DNA from: Obrimoposthia wandeli
Lineage: Eukaryota
NCBI GenBank assembly: GCA_977020255.1
Contig: CDROCS010003444.1
Span: forward strand, 62,001-126,000
Direction: 5' to 3'
Length of the DNA: 64,000 nucleotides
Positions 38,902-49,760 of the stretch are shown here, in pieces (the stretch's first letter is position 1; the number at the start of each line of letters is the position of its first letter). Under the pieces are notes generated by a model. It saw only the letters and a list, made by a program, of their open reading frames with translations. It made no database searches and was not told the origin of the DNA. Position numbers and translations under genes: made by a program.

Positions 38902-39624
38902 ATGCTAACTTCAAAAATCATGGGACATCGAGGGCTATCAAGTTTAGCACCTGAAAATACTTTATCAGCATTAAAGCTAGCCGCTGAGCAAGGTTATCAA
39001 TGGGTTGAAATAGATGCTATCGCCTGTGGCGATGGCACTATTGTTATGTGGCACGATAACAGTGTTGATCGCTGCTCTGATGGCACAGGTTTGCTTAGCG
39101 AGCACAACGCAACCAGCATAACCAAACTCGATTGTGGCGCTTGGTTCTCTGATGAGTTTCGCGGCGAAAAGATGGCCACTATTGAAGAGGCCATCCTGTT
39201 AATTCAATCTTTAGGTTTAGGTCTTAATCTAGAATTCAAGCTCTATGAAAACAGCCCACAAAAAGTGGTTGCGCCTGTATTAGCGCTGTTACAAAAGCAT
39301 TGGCAAAACTTTGATAAATTGATTATTTCAAGTTTTGATCAAGCCGCTCTAGAGTATTGCCATACTCATCAGCCTCAATTACAACTGGGCAAGTTATACG
39401 ATAAAATCCCTGAAAACTGGCAAGCTGAAATGCAGCGTATCAACGCTGTTAGCTGTCATTGTAATTACAAACCATTGCAACAAGCGCAAGTAGAGGCTGT
39501 AAAAGCGGCTGGATATGAGGTTTATTGTTATACGCCAAATGATCCTGAGCTAGTAAAAGCGCATTGGGATTGGGGTGTGGATGCGATGATTACTGATTAT
39601 CCGCAAAGATATAATCACGATTAA
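38902..39624 (+). CDS. ugpQ: glycerophosphodiester phosphodiesterase
   Basis: MGHRGLSSLAPENT, VEID, WHD, LNLEFK, YCYTPN and MITDYP. Confidence 0.92.
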   Translation: MLTSKIMGHRGLSSLAPENTLSALKLAAEQGYQWVEIDAIACGDGTIVMWHDNSVDRCSDGTGLLSEHNATSITKLDCGAWFSDEFRGEKMATIEEAILLIQSLGLGLNLEFKLYENSPQKVVAPVLALLQKHWQNFDKLIISSFDQAALEYCHTHQPQLQLGKLYDKIPENWQAEMQRINAVSCHCNYKPLQQAQVEAVKAAGYEVYCYTPNDPELVKAHWDWGVDAMITDYPQRYNHD

Positions 39625-39668
39625 GCGCTAATATTTACATTTACAATTTTTAACAGAGCAGGAAATTT

Positions 39669-40439
39669 TTGAAACTCAACGGTAGACAAGAATTAATATT
39701 AGCGCAATTAAGCGGCAAAGAATTTGTCAGTGTTGAATCACTGTCGTTGCATTTTGATATGGCAGCACAAACCATTCGCCGCGATATAACGAAATTGTGC
39801 GATTTAGGTCTCGCGAGAAGACATCACGGCGGGGTCGGTAAGCTGCCTAGCGCTGAAAATTTATCTTTTGGCAACCGCCGTGTTATTAACGCCAAAGAGA
39901 AAGAACTTATCGCGCAGCGCATTGCCAGTTTCATTCCGGATAATGCTTCAGTCTCATTGGGAATTGGCACCACAATGGAAGCAATTGCCAAACAATTAAG
40001 GCCTAAAAAAGGGCTGAAAATAATCACTAACAACCTGAATGTTGCCAGTATATTTTTCCAACAAAGCGATATTCAAGTACTCGTTAGCGGTGGCAATTTG
40101 CGCCCAGCAGATCAAGATTTAGTCGGCGAGCAAACCGTACAATTTTTTAATAGCTTCTATGTCGATTTCGCTATCATCAGTGTCGGTTCATTAGATATTC
40201 AACGTGGCTTAATGGATTTTGATCGCGATAACGCCACCATTACACAAGCTATCTTAAACAATAGTGAGCATAGAATATTGGCTGCTGATATGAGTAAGTG
40301 GAACAAAAAGGCATTTGCTAAAGTCGCTGACTTTTCCAGCATAGATCATTTTTTTACCGATCAAATGGACAATCCCGTTATCGTGGGTCAGTTACAGCAG
40401 CAAAATATAGAGATAACCACCTGCACCAAGGATATATAA
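39669..40439 (+). CDS. DeoR/GlpR family transcriptional regulator
   Basis: AQTIRRDITKL HTH, RRHHGG, LGIGTTME, ITNNLN and LAADMSK. Confidence 0.9.
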   Translation: MKLNGRQELILAQLSGKEFVSVESLSLHFDMAAQTIRRDITKLCDLGLARRHHGGVGKLPSAENLSFGNRRVINAKEKELIAQRIASFIPDNASVSLGIGTTMEAIAKQLRPKKGLKIITNNLNVASIFFQQSDIQVLVSGGNLRPADQDLVGEQTVQFFNSFYVDFAIISVGSLDIQRGLMDFDRDNATITQAILNNSEHRILAADMSKWNKKAFAKVADFSSIDHFFTDQMDNPVIVGQLQQQNIEITTCTKDI

Positions 40440-40442
40440 GCA

Positions 40443-41264
40443 ATGCAACCTTCAATGCACCCCTCAATACAACCCTCTTCACCCCTGCCCTTAAAGTTAC
40501 CTCGTAAAATTGATAATATAAAGTTTGTGCTCAGTGATGTTGACGACACTATCACCAGTGGCGGTCAATTATTACCGCAGACCTATTTAGCAATGCATCA
40601 ACTTGTGCAGCAAGGGATTATTTTCATACCCATTACAGGCGGCTGTGCGGGGTGGTGTGACTCTTTTTCTAGATTGTGGCCAGCAGCGGCTGTCATCGGA
40701 GAAAACGGTGGCTTCTATCTTAAAAAGCAAGCTGATAACAGCATAGAGTACTCTTTCTGGCAGGATCAAAGCGAACGTGCTGCCAATACAACAAAGCTGT
40801 TACAACTGGCGGAAAAAGCACTAAAATTAGTACCTCAAGTTAAGTTAGCTAAAGATCAAGCATATCGCTTAGTAGATGTCGCTATTGATTACAACCAAGA
40901 TATATCAGGTATTAATCCACAGCAAATAGCACAAATTCTAGCGGTTTTTCATCAAGCGGGTGCCAATGCAAAAGCGAGTTCTATTCATGTAAATACTTGG
41001 ATCGGAGATTACAATAAAAAAGCGATGGCCTGTCACATGCTGGCCAAAGAGTACCAGTTAAGTGAACAGCAAATGCAGGAGCAAGTGCTGTTTATTGGCG
41101 ATTCATTAAATGATGAGACTATGTTCGAATTTTTCCCCAATAGCGTGGGTGTTGCCAATATTAAATCACAACTTGACCAACTAGTACATAAGCCAAAATG
41201 GATAACACAGCAGTCATTTGGTTTAGGCTTTGAACAGATGGTTGCTGCACTATTAGTAGAATAG
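40443..41264 (+). CDS. HAD-superfamily subfamily IIB hydrolase
   Basis: DVDDT (motif I), PITG (motif II), IGENG, SSIHVN, K (motif III) and FIGDSLND (motif IV). Confidence 0.88.
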   Translation: MQPSMHPSIQPSSPLPLKLPRKIDNIKFVLSDVDDTITSGGQLLPQTYLAMHQLVQQGIIFIPITGGCAGWCDSFSRLWPAAAVIGENGGFYLKKQADNSIEYSFWQDQSERAANTTKLLQLAEKALKLVPQVKLAKDQAYRLVDVAIDYNQDISGINPQQIAQILAVFHQAGANAKASSIHVNTWIGDYNKKAMACHMLAKEYQLSEQQMQEQVLFIGDSLNDETMFEFFPNSVGVANIKSQLDQLVHKPKWITQQSFGLGFEQMVAALLVE

Positions 41265-41313
41265 CGCGCTCGTTTCTCTTTTTATTCCGCTGAAGATTTA
41301 TTCTTCTAGCTGT

Positions 41314-41790
41314 TTATTCCTCTAGTAAGGAATCTAAAGCATAGCCGCGAAACGGCTTATCGGTACTGAGCACTATATGACTACTAAGGTTAACCATACC
41401 GGGAATAATATCTAATAGCTGATCGACTATCTGATTGAAGCGGATCATGTCGGCGGCGGCTACACGTAAAATCATATCAAAGCCGCCAGAGACAGTATAG
41501 CAATCGACTAATTCTGGAATTCCCTTTGCGCAGCGCAAAAAACTTTGAAAACCCTCGGTGCTTTGATCTTGCAACTTAACCGTAATAATAGCCATGACAC
41601 TGCGACAAGCACGCTCTAAATTTACGATGCCTATATAAGGACCTATTAATCCTAACTCTTCTAATTTTTTTACCCGGTTCAAACAAGAACTGGGTGACAG
41701 ATTTATTTTCTTCGCCAATTCTTGATTAGTTATTCTGGCATCTTCTTGCAGTAACGAAAGAATATTTCGATTGATTTTATCTAAACGCAT
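41314..41790 (-). CDS. Lrp/AsnC family regulator
   Basis: LDKINRNILSLLQEDARITNQELAKKINLSPSSCLNRVKKLE and CYTVSGGFD. Confidence 0.93.
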   Translation of the reverse strand: MRLDKINRNILSLLQEDARITNQELAKKINLSPSSCLNRVKKLEELGLIGPYIGIVNLERACRSVMAIITVKLQDQSTEGFQSFLRCAKGIPELVDCYTVSGGFDMILRVAAADMIRFNQIVDQLLDIIPGMVNLSSHIVLSTDKPFRGYALDSLLEE

Positions 41791-42069
41791 TTAATTTGCT
41801 CACAAACATATACTGTTATTTATTCCCGCTATCTTAAACTCTGGATTATCCCTGTCAAGCCCGTAGTGATTGACGCTTATTTTATAGACAGAAAATTTAT
41901 CCAAGCCTTTACCATAAAGCTTAAACAGAATTATATTCGTCATATTTAATTTTAAAGCTATATTATTTAAAACACGGGGTAATTTAGACAGCTCATTTGG
42001 CTGTAATTTAGCTATTATATTACAATATTATTTAATAAATTATTTCGCAATAAAGCGCAGGAGTTGCAA

Positions 42070-43128
42070 ATGCTGTTCATCCGCCCAAGTAAAGTTACCG
42101 ATATTGAGGCACTGCTTAACATTGCGAATAGCGTCGGCGATGGCATGACATCCATGCCATCTTGTGAAACAAGTTGGCTGCGCAAGTTACAATCCTCAGC
42201 ACAAGCTTTTAGCAATGCCGCCGCACCAGAACAAGCTTGTTATTTTATGGTGCTAGAAGATAGTGAAACAGGTGATATTGCAGGTACAACCGCTATTTAT
42301 ACAGGCCTTGGTTTGCAGCAACCTTTTTATTCTTATCAGCGCTCAACCACTGCGCATCAAAGCGATAGCTTGAATACCATCAAGCACAATGAAACACTCA
42401 CCTTAGTTGAACATTTTACAGGTGCCAGTGAAGTAGGGTCATTATTCCTACTGCCTAAGTACCGCCAACCTGGAGTGGGTCAAATGCTAGCGCGCGCACG
42501 CTATTTATTGATGGCCGATTCACAACATCGCTTTTCTGATAGAGTGATGGCAGAGCTTAGAGGCTGGTTCAATGAAGCAGATGAATCTCCTTTATGGCAA
42601 GCGTTAGGTAGCAAATTTTTTGATATGCCCTTTCAAGAAGCCGTCACTATTGCCGCGACTCAAGGACCTGACTTTATTACCGAGCTGATGCCGAAGCATC
42701 CAATCTATACCGATTTGTTGCCCCAATCGGCTAAAGAAGTATTAGGTAAGCCTAACAACTCTTCAGCCCCTGCGTTACGTATGCTTGAAAAAGAAGGCTT
42801 TAAGCATAAAGGTTTGATCGATCTGTTTGATGGCGGCCCATCGGTTGACATACAACTTAGCGAGATTAAAACCATCAAAGAAAGCCAAAAAGGTGCTTTT
42901 CAAGCTTGTTCTGCACTGGCGCAAAGTGATCAAGATTTTTATATATCTAACGGTAATTTAGAAGATTTTTGCCTGACAATGGCTAAGGGAAGAATTGCGG
43001 AAAACGGCAGTTTATTACTCGCCAATGAAACCATTGATCTATTAGCATTAACAGACACCGCACAAGTGCGATTTGTACCGGTTATGCAATCTAAAAAAGC
43101 CAACAATGTGAGCTCTCAAGCCGCTTAA
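42070..43128 (+). CDS. astA: arginine N-succinyltransferase family protein
   Basis: GMTSMP, YFMVLED, FYSY, SEVGSLFL, ARARYLLMA, VMAELRG, FWQ-like LWQALG, MPKHPIY and IDLFDGGP. ATG 42070 follows a CAGGAG RBS. Confidence 0.85.
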   Translation: MLFIRPSKVTDIEALLNIANSVGDGMTSMPSCETSWLRKLQSSAQAFSNAAAPEQACYFMVLEDSETGDIAGTTAIYTGLGLQQPFYSYQRSTTAHQSDSLNTIKHNETLTLVEHFTGASEVGSLFLLPKYRQPGVGQMLARARYLLMADSQHRFSDRVMAELRGWFNEADESPLWQALGSKFFDMPFQEAVTIAATQGPDFITELMPKHPIYTDLLPQSAKEVLGKPNNSSAPALRMLEKEGFKHKGLIDLFDGGPSVDIQLSEIKTIKESQKGAFQACSALAQSDQDFYISNGNLEDFCLTMAKGRIAENGSLLLANETIDLLALTDTAQVRFVPVMQSKKANNVSSQAA

Positions 43129-43148
43129 ACTATCTGCTGATAAACCAA

Positions 43149-43179
43149 ATTGAAGAAGTGACATTCACCTCTTCAATTA
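43149..43179. terminator. bidirectional hairpin between convergent genes
   Basis: aattgaaga.gtga-cat-tcac.tcttcaatt, flanked by A/T runs. Confidence 0.6.
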
Positions 43180-43298
43180 GTTTATTCTGTTTTATTTTTC
43201 ATTTTATTATTTTTGCTCAACACTTATTTATATTAAACCTTACCACTCTGATTTTTATATTCGCTTAATTTTATATAAAACAACGATTTAAAAAATAA

Positions 43299-43757
43299 CT
43301 ATAACGGCAAACTCAAACCCACTTTGGTTCGCTCCATCACCACTGACGTTTTATAGCGGCGTACATTACTGTCATTATAAAACAGTTGTTGCACAAACTG
43401 CTCAAAATCTTCCATATCTGTTGCGGTAACTATTAACACAAAATCAGCTTCCCCTGTTACGTAGTAGCATTGCTGCACTTGCGGTTCATTTTTTATGCGC
43501 GCTTTAAATTGTGCTAGGTGATTAATATGGTCACGCTCTAATTCTACCGAAATGATAAAACTCATCGATTGCCCTACGGCTTTTGGGGACACAATCGCGA
43601 CTTCTGCGCTAATCACATTATTGTCTCGTAATCGTTTCAGTCTACGTTGCACACTTGCACTGGATAACCCAACTTCATTGGCAATAAACTCCACTGACTT
43701 TCGCAAGTCAATTTGGAGAATTTTAAGAATTTGTAAATCCTGATTATCTAACTGCAT
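43299..43757 (-). CDS. Lrp/AsnC family regulator
   Basis: LDNQDLQILKILQ, VGLSSASVQRRLKRL and CYYVTGEADF. Confidence 0.93.
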   Translation of the reverse strand: MQLDNQDLQILKILQIDLRKSVEFIANEVGLSSASVQRRLKRLRDNNVISAEVAIVSPKAVGQSMSFIISVELERDHINHLAQFKARIKNEPQVQQCYYVTGEADFVLIVTATDMEDFEQFVQQLFYNDSNVRRYKTSVVMERTKVGLSLPL

Positions 43758-43943
43758 GTAGAACCTCTATTATGCTTTTATGTAGCAAATAACCGCTACT
43801 TAATATAATTCGATCATAATATTATTATTTACGATATATTCACAGCACAATAACTAATTAATTGATCAATAACCATCATTGGCATTTGTTACATTAGACC
43901 CATATTAATATTGATAATCATATAGACACCTTAAGGAGCTAAA

Positions 43944-45134
43944 ATGAAAAATAATCATAAGCCAGGCGCTGCCACACTCAGTATTTGGGGAGGTGAAACA
44001 GAGCACGAGCTTTATGAACGCGCTACTCAAGTTCCAGTAGTACACAGCGTTTCATTTGGCTATAAAGACATTGATACCTGGCATAATGTTGCGTTAGAAA
44101 AAGAAGAAGGTCATATCTATTCGCGTAACACAAACCCAACCGTTCGCGCTTTTGAGGATAAAGTAAGAGCACTGGAAGGCGCTGAAGCAGCGACTAGTTT
44201 TTCGTGCGGTATGGCGGCAATTAGTAATACTTTTGGTGCTTTATTACTACCTGGCGATCGTATTGTTTCTATCAAAGATAGTTACGGTGGTACCAATAAA
44301 CTCTTTACGGAATTTTTACCCCCTTTAGGTATTGAAGTAGTACTTTGTGATACCTCAAATCACGCAGAGATAGAAATGGAAGTGGCTAAGGGTTGTAAAA
44401 TGCTCTATTTAGAAACGCCAACCAACCCAACGGTTAAAGTACTTGATATACAACGTTTATCAAAAGCGGCTGCAGCTGTCGGTGCGTTAGTTGTAGTAGA
44501 TAACACTTTTGCCACGCCAATCAACACCAACCCTTTAGCTTTGGGAGCCGATATTGTTGTGCATAGCGCTTCTAAGTTCTTAGGCGGCCATGCCGATGCA
44601 CTTGGCGGTGTTGCTTGCGGGAGTGCGGTGTTAATTAAGAAGCTGTATCACTATCGTGAAATAAATGGTGCAACGTTATCGCCTATGGATGCTTACAGCT
44701 TACTGCGCGGCATGAAAACGCTAAGTTTGCGTGTTGAACGCCAAAACCAAAGCGCGATGACAATTGCAACATGGTTAGCTAATCACCCTGTGGTTGATCA
44801 CGTTAATTACCCTGGTTTAGAAACACATTTACATCACGATATAGCTAAGAAGCAAATGCGTGGTTTTGGTGGGATGTTAAGTTTTAGCGTTAAAGGTGGC
44901 CTAGAAGCTATAAAAGTATTTTTACCTAAACTGCAATATGCGCATATGGCGGCTAACTTAGGCTGCGTTGAAACAGTAGTAGGTCCTCCTGTTGTGACAA
45001 GCCATGTAGAATGTACTGCAGAGGAACGCGCTGCAGCAGGTATTCCTGAAGGGCTAGTTCGCTATTCAACAGGAATTGAAGAAGTAGAAGATTTGATTGC
45101 TGATTTAGAACAAGCACTCGCGTACATAAGCTAA
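43944..45134 (+). CDS. PLP-dependent cystathionine gamma-synthase/lyase family enzyme
   Basis: YSRNTNPT, FSCGMAAI, YGGT, ETPTNP, VDNTFATP, HSASKFLGGH (PLP Lys) and GLVRYSTGIE. Confidence 0.9.
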   Translation: MKNNHKPGAATLSIWGGETEHELYERATQVPVVHSVSFGYKDIDTWHNVALEKEEGHIYSRNTNPTVRAFEDKVRALEGAEAATSFSCGMAAISNTFGALLLPGDRIVSIKDSYGGTNKLFTEFLPPLGIEVVLCDTSNHAEIEMEVAKGCKMLYLETPTNPTVKVLDIQRLSKAAAAVGALVVVDNTFATPINTNPLALGADIVVHSASKFLGGHADALGGVACGSAVLIKKLYHYREINGATLSPMDAYSLLRGMKTLSLRVERQNQSAMTIATWLANHPVVDHVNYPGLETHLHHDIAKKQMRGFGGMLSFSVKGGLEAIKVFLPKLQYAHMAANLGCVETVVGPPVVTSHVECTAEERAAAGIPEGLVRYSTGIEEVEDLIADLEQALAYIS

Positions 45135-45166
45135 GCGTTTAAGTAAGCAGTAGTAAGTTAATACAA

Positions 45167-45224
45167 ATGTAGTGATCGTCAATGATCGCTACATATCAAA
45201 GAGTATGCATATGTACTCTTTGAT
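45167..45224. repeat. two tandem hairpins
   Basis: atgtagtgatc/gatcgctacat (45167-94), immediately followed by atcaaagagta/tactctttgat (45195-224). Confidence 0.7.
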
Positions 45225-45524
45225 AATACCATTCTCAATTAAGAAACATTGTTTGTGACTCTGTAAACTTAATAGTGCCTATGTGGTCTTCTGCGTGCAG
45301 CCCCTAATCATGACAGCCACTATCTAATCAATAAAACAAGCTTTTGATTACGTTTTTCACGTAGCGCGTATCCAGCAGCCAGTATCGGCGCTGTTTTAAA
45401 CATCAAATTGGCTTTGCATTACATCGCATTTCTTGTGGCTTTAATTTCAAGTGCTTTTACATAACCAAAAATTAAAACGAGATTGATTTCTCATAAAAAG
45501 CAAATGAGGTGAAGTGAGCCAGCT

Positions 45525-45548
45525 TTCAGTTCAGTTCAGTTCAGTTCA
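45525..45548 (+). repeat. (TTCAG)4.8 microsatellite
   Basis: ttcagttcagttcagttcagttca, just downstream of the marC stop. Confidence 0.8.
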
Positions 45549-45574
45549 CATTACTTGCACTGCCGTTGAATAGT

Positions 45575-46171
45575 CTACAACTGTAAGAAGCTTTTGATTC
45601 CCGTAAATACGATTTGTGCAGCCATTGCAGCCAACACCAAACCTGTAATTTTACTGAGAATATTCAAGCCAGTACGGCCTAATATTTTTTCAATACGTGC
45701 AGCTAAATGCAATAGTATTAACAGCGCCATTAAAGCACATAGCATACCTAGGATGCCATAAACTAGCTGCTCGCCTTTTAATTCTGCACCTATAACCAGT
45801 ATCGCACCAATCGTCGCTGGACCGATTATAGTGGGTATTGCCAGTGGCACAACAGCAACATCATCTATTGATTCAACCCCCGTTGCGTGGCTGCGCACGC
45901 CATCACTGACCAAACTGACTGCCGATAAAAATAATAGTGCCCCTGCTCCTATGCGAAAGGCATCCAAGGTAATACCTAAAATAGCAAAGAGCGATTCACC
46001 AAAAAACATCAAGACTAAACTGATGCACATGGCAGAGATGACGGCTCTGTTGGCAATATTCGCTCGTTCACCAACATTTTTTCCTTTTGTCAGCGACAAA
46101 AACATAGAAACGACAAAAAAGGGAGCGAACAAGAAAAAGAATTTAATTGCAGTTGAAAAGATGAGCGTCAT
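45575..46171 (-). CDS. marC: MarC family membrane protein
   Basis: LFAPFFVVSMFL, LGITLDAFRIGAG, VAVVPLAIPTIIGPATI and KITGLVLAAMA. Likely start is the ATG at 46171. Confidence 0.9.
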   Translation of the reverse strand: MTLIFSTAIKFFFLFAPFFVVSMFLSLTKGKNVGERANIANRAVISAMCISLVLMFFGESLFAILGITLDAFRIGAGALLFLSAVSLVSDGVRSHATGVESIDDVAVVPLAIPTIIGPATIGAILVIGAELKGEQLVYGILGMLCALMALLILLHLAARIEKILGRTGLNILSKITGLVLAAMAAQIVFTGIKSFLQL

Positions 46172-46331
46172 AAGAGATCCGAAATTTAGCAATTTTAATC
46201 TAATAAAATGTAAGAAGCGATTAGGTAATAATAGCAGATCAGTAGCCGTATAAAAAAAGGTAACAATATTCAAGATTTCTCCTGAAAACGGTTACCTCTT
46301 AACATGTACTATAATCGACTAATAAATACGC

Positions 46332-49300
46332 TTATTGTGCCAACACATTTTCTTCAGCCAGTGCTTGCGCTGCTTGTATTAGCTTAGGGTTATCTGAATT
46401 CAATAACTTTTTTGCTTTTAAAGTGGGGAATTCAACATCTATATCAACTACTCGCCCATCTCTACATACATTGATAATAGTATCCATACATGAAGATAGC
46501 AAAGAGTACTTTTCATCTGGTGCTGCAATGATAGTTTGCAAACCAAGGTCTGTCATAAAGCCTAATGAAGTCATAGTGTTTTCTGAATCAAGCTTGTTAA
46601 ATGCTTCATCAAATACCGACAAACTCATACCGCCTACTGCTCGCCCTTCAGGCCCTTCTTTAAGTCGATAAGAAGCGGCAAGTGCGGCTGCCATCGCCAC
46701 GTAAAACGGTACTTGGTGCTCCCCGCCTGAACCGGTTTTAATACGCTGCGTTAAGGTTGTTTTACGGTTGCCTTGCAGGTCCTTAATGACTAACTCAAAG
46801 TTGTAAAAGTTACGATAGTCTTGTAATAAACTACTTTCGCCTTCGCTTTTAAGTACATCATGAATTTTTTCTAGTGCATTATGGTAAGGCTTTTCAGCAT
46901 CGTAACTAATATCAAATAATGAGCCAACATTCGCTTGATCAATACGCGTATACGCTTCCACCAGCTCTAAAATATCTTTTAGCTCAGGGTTCGGTGTCAT
47001 TTCAAATCCGTATGTTTCCTTATGGAAAGGGCGGTTTTTAAGATGCTGGTTTAACTCTCTTATCAAATCCTTAATTTGATTAATTTGATCATTTAAGTGT
47101 GCGACAAAATCAGATCTGAAGGCTGCTTCAGCTTCTTTGCGAGCACTTTCTGCTTTAACTTTATACTCAGCTAGTTCAGTATCGATCAGCGCTTGTAAAG
47201 TTTCACTCACATAACCTTCTAGTTCAGCGTGTGAAGAATCGGGGCTGATTTTATCTAAACCTTGATGGGATAAACCGCCACCATGATACTGAGCTTTGTA
47301 TTGAGCAACTGCATCACGAACCGAGTATTTTTTCTTCTCATGCAATTGTAATTCAGATTGTGCTTTTTTGGCTGCCTCAAAAATTATTCTATCAAGCTCT
47401 CCTGCACAACTTTCATCTAGGTAGTCACGTTTTTCTTGGGCAAACTGTGCATTAAATTCTGCTTTTTTCTCACAAATAGTACGTGCTTGAGCATGCTCTT
47501 GTAGCTCTTGATCTAGTACTTCAAGTGCCGCGTTATCCTTAATCATGGCGGTACGTGCTTTCTGCAATTTATCCATGATATTTTTATGCTGCTGCTCTGC
47601 TTGTTTTTGCTGATCAGCTAGTTCTGCGATTTTTGCTTGGATGCCGGTATCGTCATGGTTTCTCAAATCTTCTATCGCTTGGCGATGCCCTGCTATCTCA
47701 GTTGCCAATTGAGTACGTTGATTCACCAATTCAAAAGTACTTTCTGTATTACCCACTAAGCTAGTGGTTAAATTGATAAGATTATCACGCAACTTTTCTA
47801 ATGTTTGATGACGCTGACCTAAACTGGTGAATTCAGCCACCATTACATCTACTTGCTTACCTTGCAATGCTAATTGATCACCGCGACGGCGCACTCCCAT
47901 AATGGGGGTTTGCTCGTGAATAGAAGTTGTTGATCCTTCTGTTTGCAACATACAGTCATACGTTAAAGCGCGTTCTTGCTTGAGCAACTCTGTTTCAGTT
48001 TCAACCGCAATAACACTTCCTAGCGCTCGGTTCATATAAGCTTGTGCATGCTCATTATCAGTATCGATAAAATGCGCTAGTGAATTAGGCTTGGTTCTTT
48101 TTAACCAATCACGTGAACGAGTGGTATTAATAATACGACAGCCTTTTAAATGGCGCCCTTTACGACGATATAAAGTAATTGCTTCTTTGACGTGATCAGC
48201 GTCAACAATCAAGGCCTCGCGGCGAGCACCCAAAAATGACTCGATGGCAATTCGCCACTTATCATCATTGATATCAACCATTTCACACACGGGTGTTGAT
48301 TCAATTCCGTAATCTGCCAATAGCGCCATTAATTCGCGCGTGTTGTGCCTTACCGGTGCTTTACCCTGCTTTAGCTGTTCTACTTGGCCTTTTTCATTTT
48401 GAATTTTACTGCGTAACTCATTGATACGAATGACTGATTCTTCAAATTTACGACCAATATCTCGGCGCACTGTATCTACTTGCCCCTTAAGCTGTACTAA
48501 CGTGCTATCAACTTCTACTGGCTCAGTGGGCCAGCTACTAGCCAGCATATCTTCCCCGCTGCGCCATAGCTCAACACATTTATTCAGTAAAGGTACAAAT
48601 TTTTCAGGCAGTAAATCTGCATGCTCAGCAAAACCGACCGTGGTACGCAGTAAATTGTAGCTGTTTTGTATTTGATCTTTTACGATACCCTCTTCATGTA
48701 ACTGAGCGGTAATCGTGGTTTCCAATGCTTTAATCTGATGAGCAGAGTTAGTGTTATTCAGTTGGGCACGGGCATTGGCAAGATCTTGCATCAAGTTATT
48801 TAAATCAGCCGATTGCTTTTCTAACTCACCTTGTAGCTTCGCTTCTTTCACTTGATTTTCTTCAAGGCGATCAGTAGAGCTTTCTTTTTTCAGGTCTGCA
48901 TTTTCAAAGCGGGTTTCGTGCACCACCCACTCATATTCAACTGCATTTTTGATATTACGCTGTATGCCAGTGCACAACTCTGTCACTTTGCCCAGCGCAT
49001 CTACTCTATTTGCAACCTCAGCGGTTTTTTCTTCCATTGCTCGGTATTCTTCAAGCGATTTTCTAAAAGCGCCTACGTGAACAACTTTCTCTTCTAATAC
49101 AAACTCACGTACAAAGCGAGTTGGGCTATCAATAGGTATAAATCGCAGCGCATTTTTAAAGTTTTTAATAAACTTCTCGTCATCATTAGGACGACTCATA
49201 TCCTCTGATAAATGACTAACTAAATCTTTTATGTAACGACTTACCCGCTTCTCTAAAATCATTTCAGGGCATTGCTTAAATAATGCTGTTTTTACCACAT

Positions 49301-49760
49301 CCCAGTCTTTTGGTAAGCGCCCCTTACCTTCTTTAACACTAAAGTCATCTAACTGCACTGAAAAATTAGGCAGTATAAAACGACCTAAAACTTCTTCATC
49401 TGGTGAGGCTGTATTGGCGCTAATGGCAATGCCTACACAGGTCTCAGTTGCGGTTTGAGTATCAAAAAAACTAAGCGCTAAATAAGAGATAGAATCTTCA
49501 CGAGCAGTGGCTTTTTTTCCTCCATCATCCATAAAACCTAAGCAATAGGTACGCAATGACCTTTCGCTTTTTTGCCCAGCCGATGCGTTAAAACTAATAT
49601 GGCGTTTATTACCACCTAGTAACACCGTTTGTATAGCATCGAGCAGTGAAGACTTACCAGAACCATTAGGGCCAACAATTGCCACGTTGCCTTTGATAGG
49701 GATTTCAACCGCCCCTAGTACATACCAATTTACCAGGACAATTCGATTAAGCTGTTTCAT
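46332..49760 (-). CDS. jetC: SMC-like ATPase JetC/MksB
   Basis: RIVLVNWY, Walker A GPNGSGKS, long coiled coils around a hinge, signature [11 protein letters not shown], Walker B/D-loop [11 protein letters not shown]. 1142 aa. Confidence 0.9.
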   Translation of the reverse strand: MKQLNRIVLVNWYVLGAVEIPIKGNVAIVGPNGSGKSSLLDAIQTVLLGGNKRHISFNASAGQKSERSLRTYCLGFMDDGGKKATAREDSISYLALSFFDTQTATETCVGIAISANTASPDEEVLGRFILPNFSVQLDDFSVKEGKGRLPKDWDVVKTALFKQCPEMILEKRVSRYIKDLVSHLSEDMSRPNDDEKFIKNFKNALRFIPIDSPTRFVREFVLEEKVVHVGAFRKSLEEYRAMEEKTAEVANRVDALGKVTELCTGIQRNIKNAVEYEWVVHETRFENADLKKESSTDRLEENQVKEAKLQGELEKQSADLNNLMQDLANARAQLNNTNSAHQIKALETTITAQLHEEGIVKDQIQNSYNLLRTTVGFAEHADLLPEKFVPLLNKCVELWRSGEDMLASSWPTEPVEVDSTLVQLKGQVDTVRRDIGRKFEESVIRINELRSKIQNEKGQVEQLKQGKAPVRHNTRELMALLADYGIESTPVCEMVDINDDKWRIAIESFLGARREALIVDADHVKEAITLYRRKGRHLKGCRIINTTRSRDWLKRTKPNSLAHFIDTDNEHAQAYMNRALGSVIAVETETELLKQERALTYDCMLQTEGSTTSIHEQTPIMGVRRRGDQLALQGKQVDVMVAEFTSLGQRHQTLEKLRDNLINLTTSLVGNTESTFELVNQRTQLATEIAGHRQAIEDLRNHDDTGIQAKIAELADQQKQAEQQHKNIMDKLQKARTAMIKDNAALEVLDQELQEHAQARTICEKKAEFNAQFAQEKRDYLDESCAGELDRIIFEAAKKAQSELQLHEKKKYSVRDAVAQYKAQYHGGGLSHQGLDKISPDSSHAELEGYVSETLQALIDTELAEYKVKAESARKEAEAAFRSDFVAHLNDQINQIKDLIRELNQHLKNRPFHKETYGFEMTPNPELKDILELVEAYTRIDQANVGSLFDISYDAEKPYHNALEKIHDVLKSEGESSLLQDYRNFYNFELVIKDLQGNRKTTLTQRIKTGSGGEHQVPFYVAMAAALAASYRLKEGPEGRAVGGMSLSVFDEAFNKLDSENTMTSLGFMTDLGLQTIIAAPDEKYSLLSSCMDTIINVCRDGRVVDIDVEFPTLKAKKLLNSDNPKLIQAAQALAEENVLAQ

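Noticed and set aside
45226-45247. ataccattctcaattaag, reminiscent of a repeat-element end
   Set aside because: No matching opposite end was found, and the resemblance rests only on memory.
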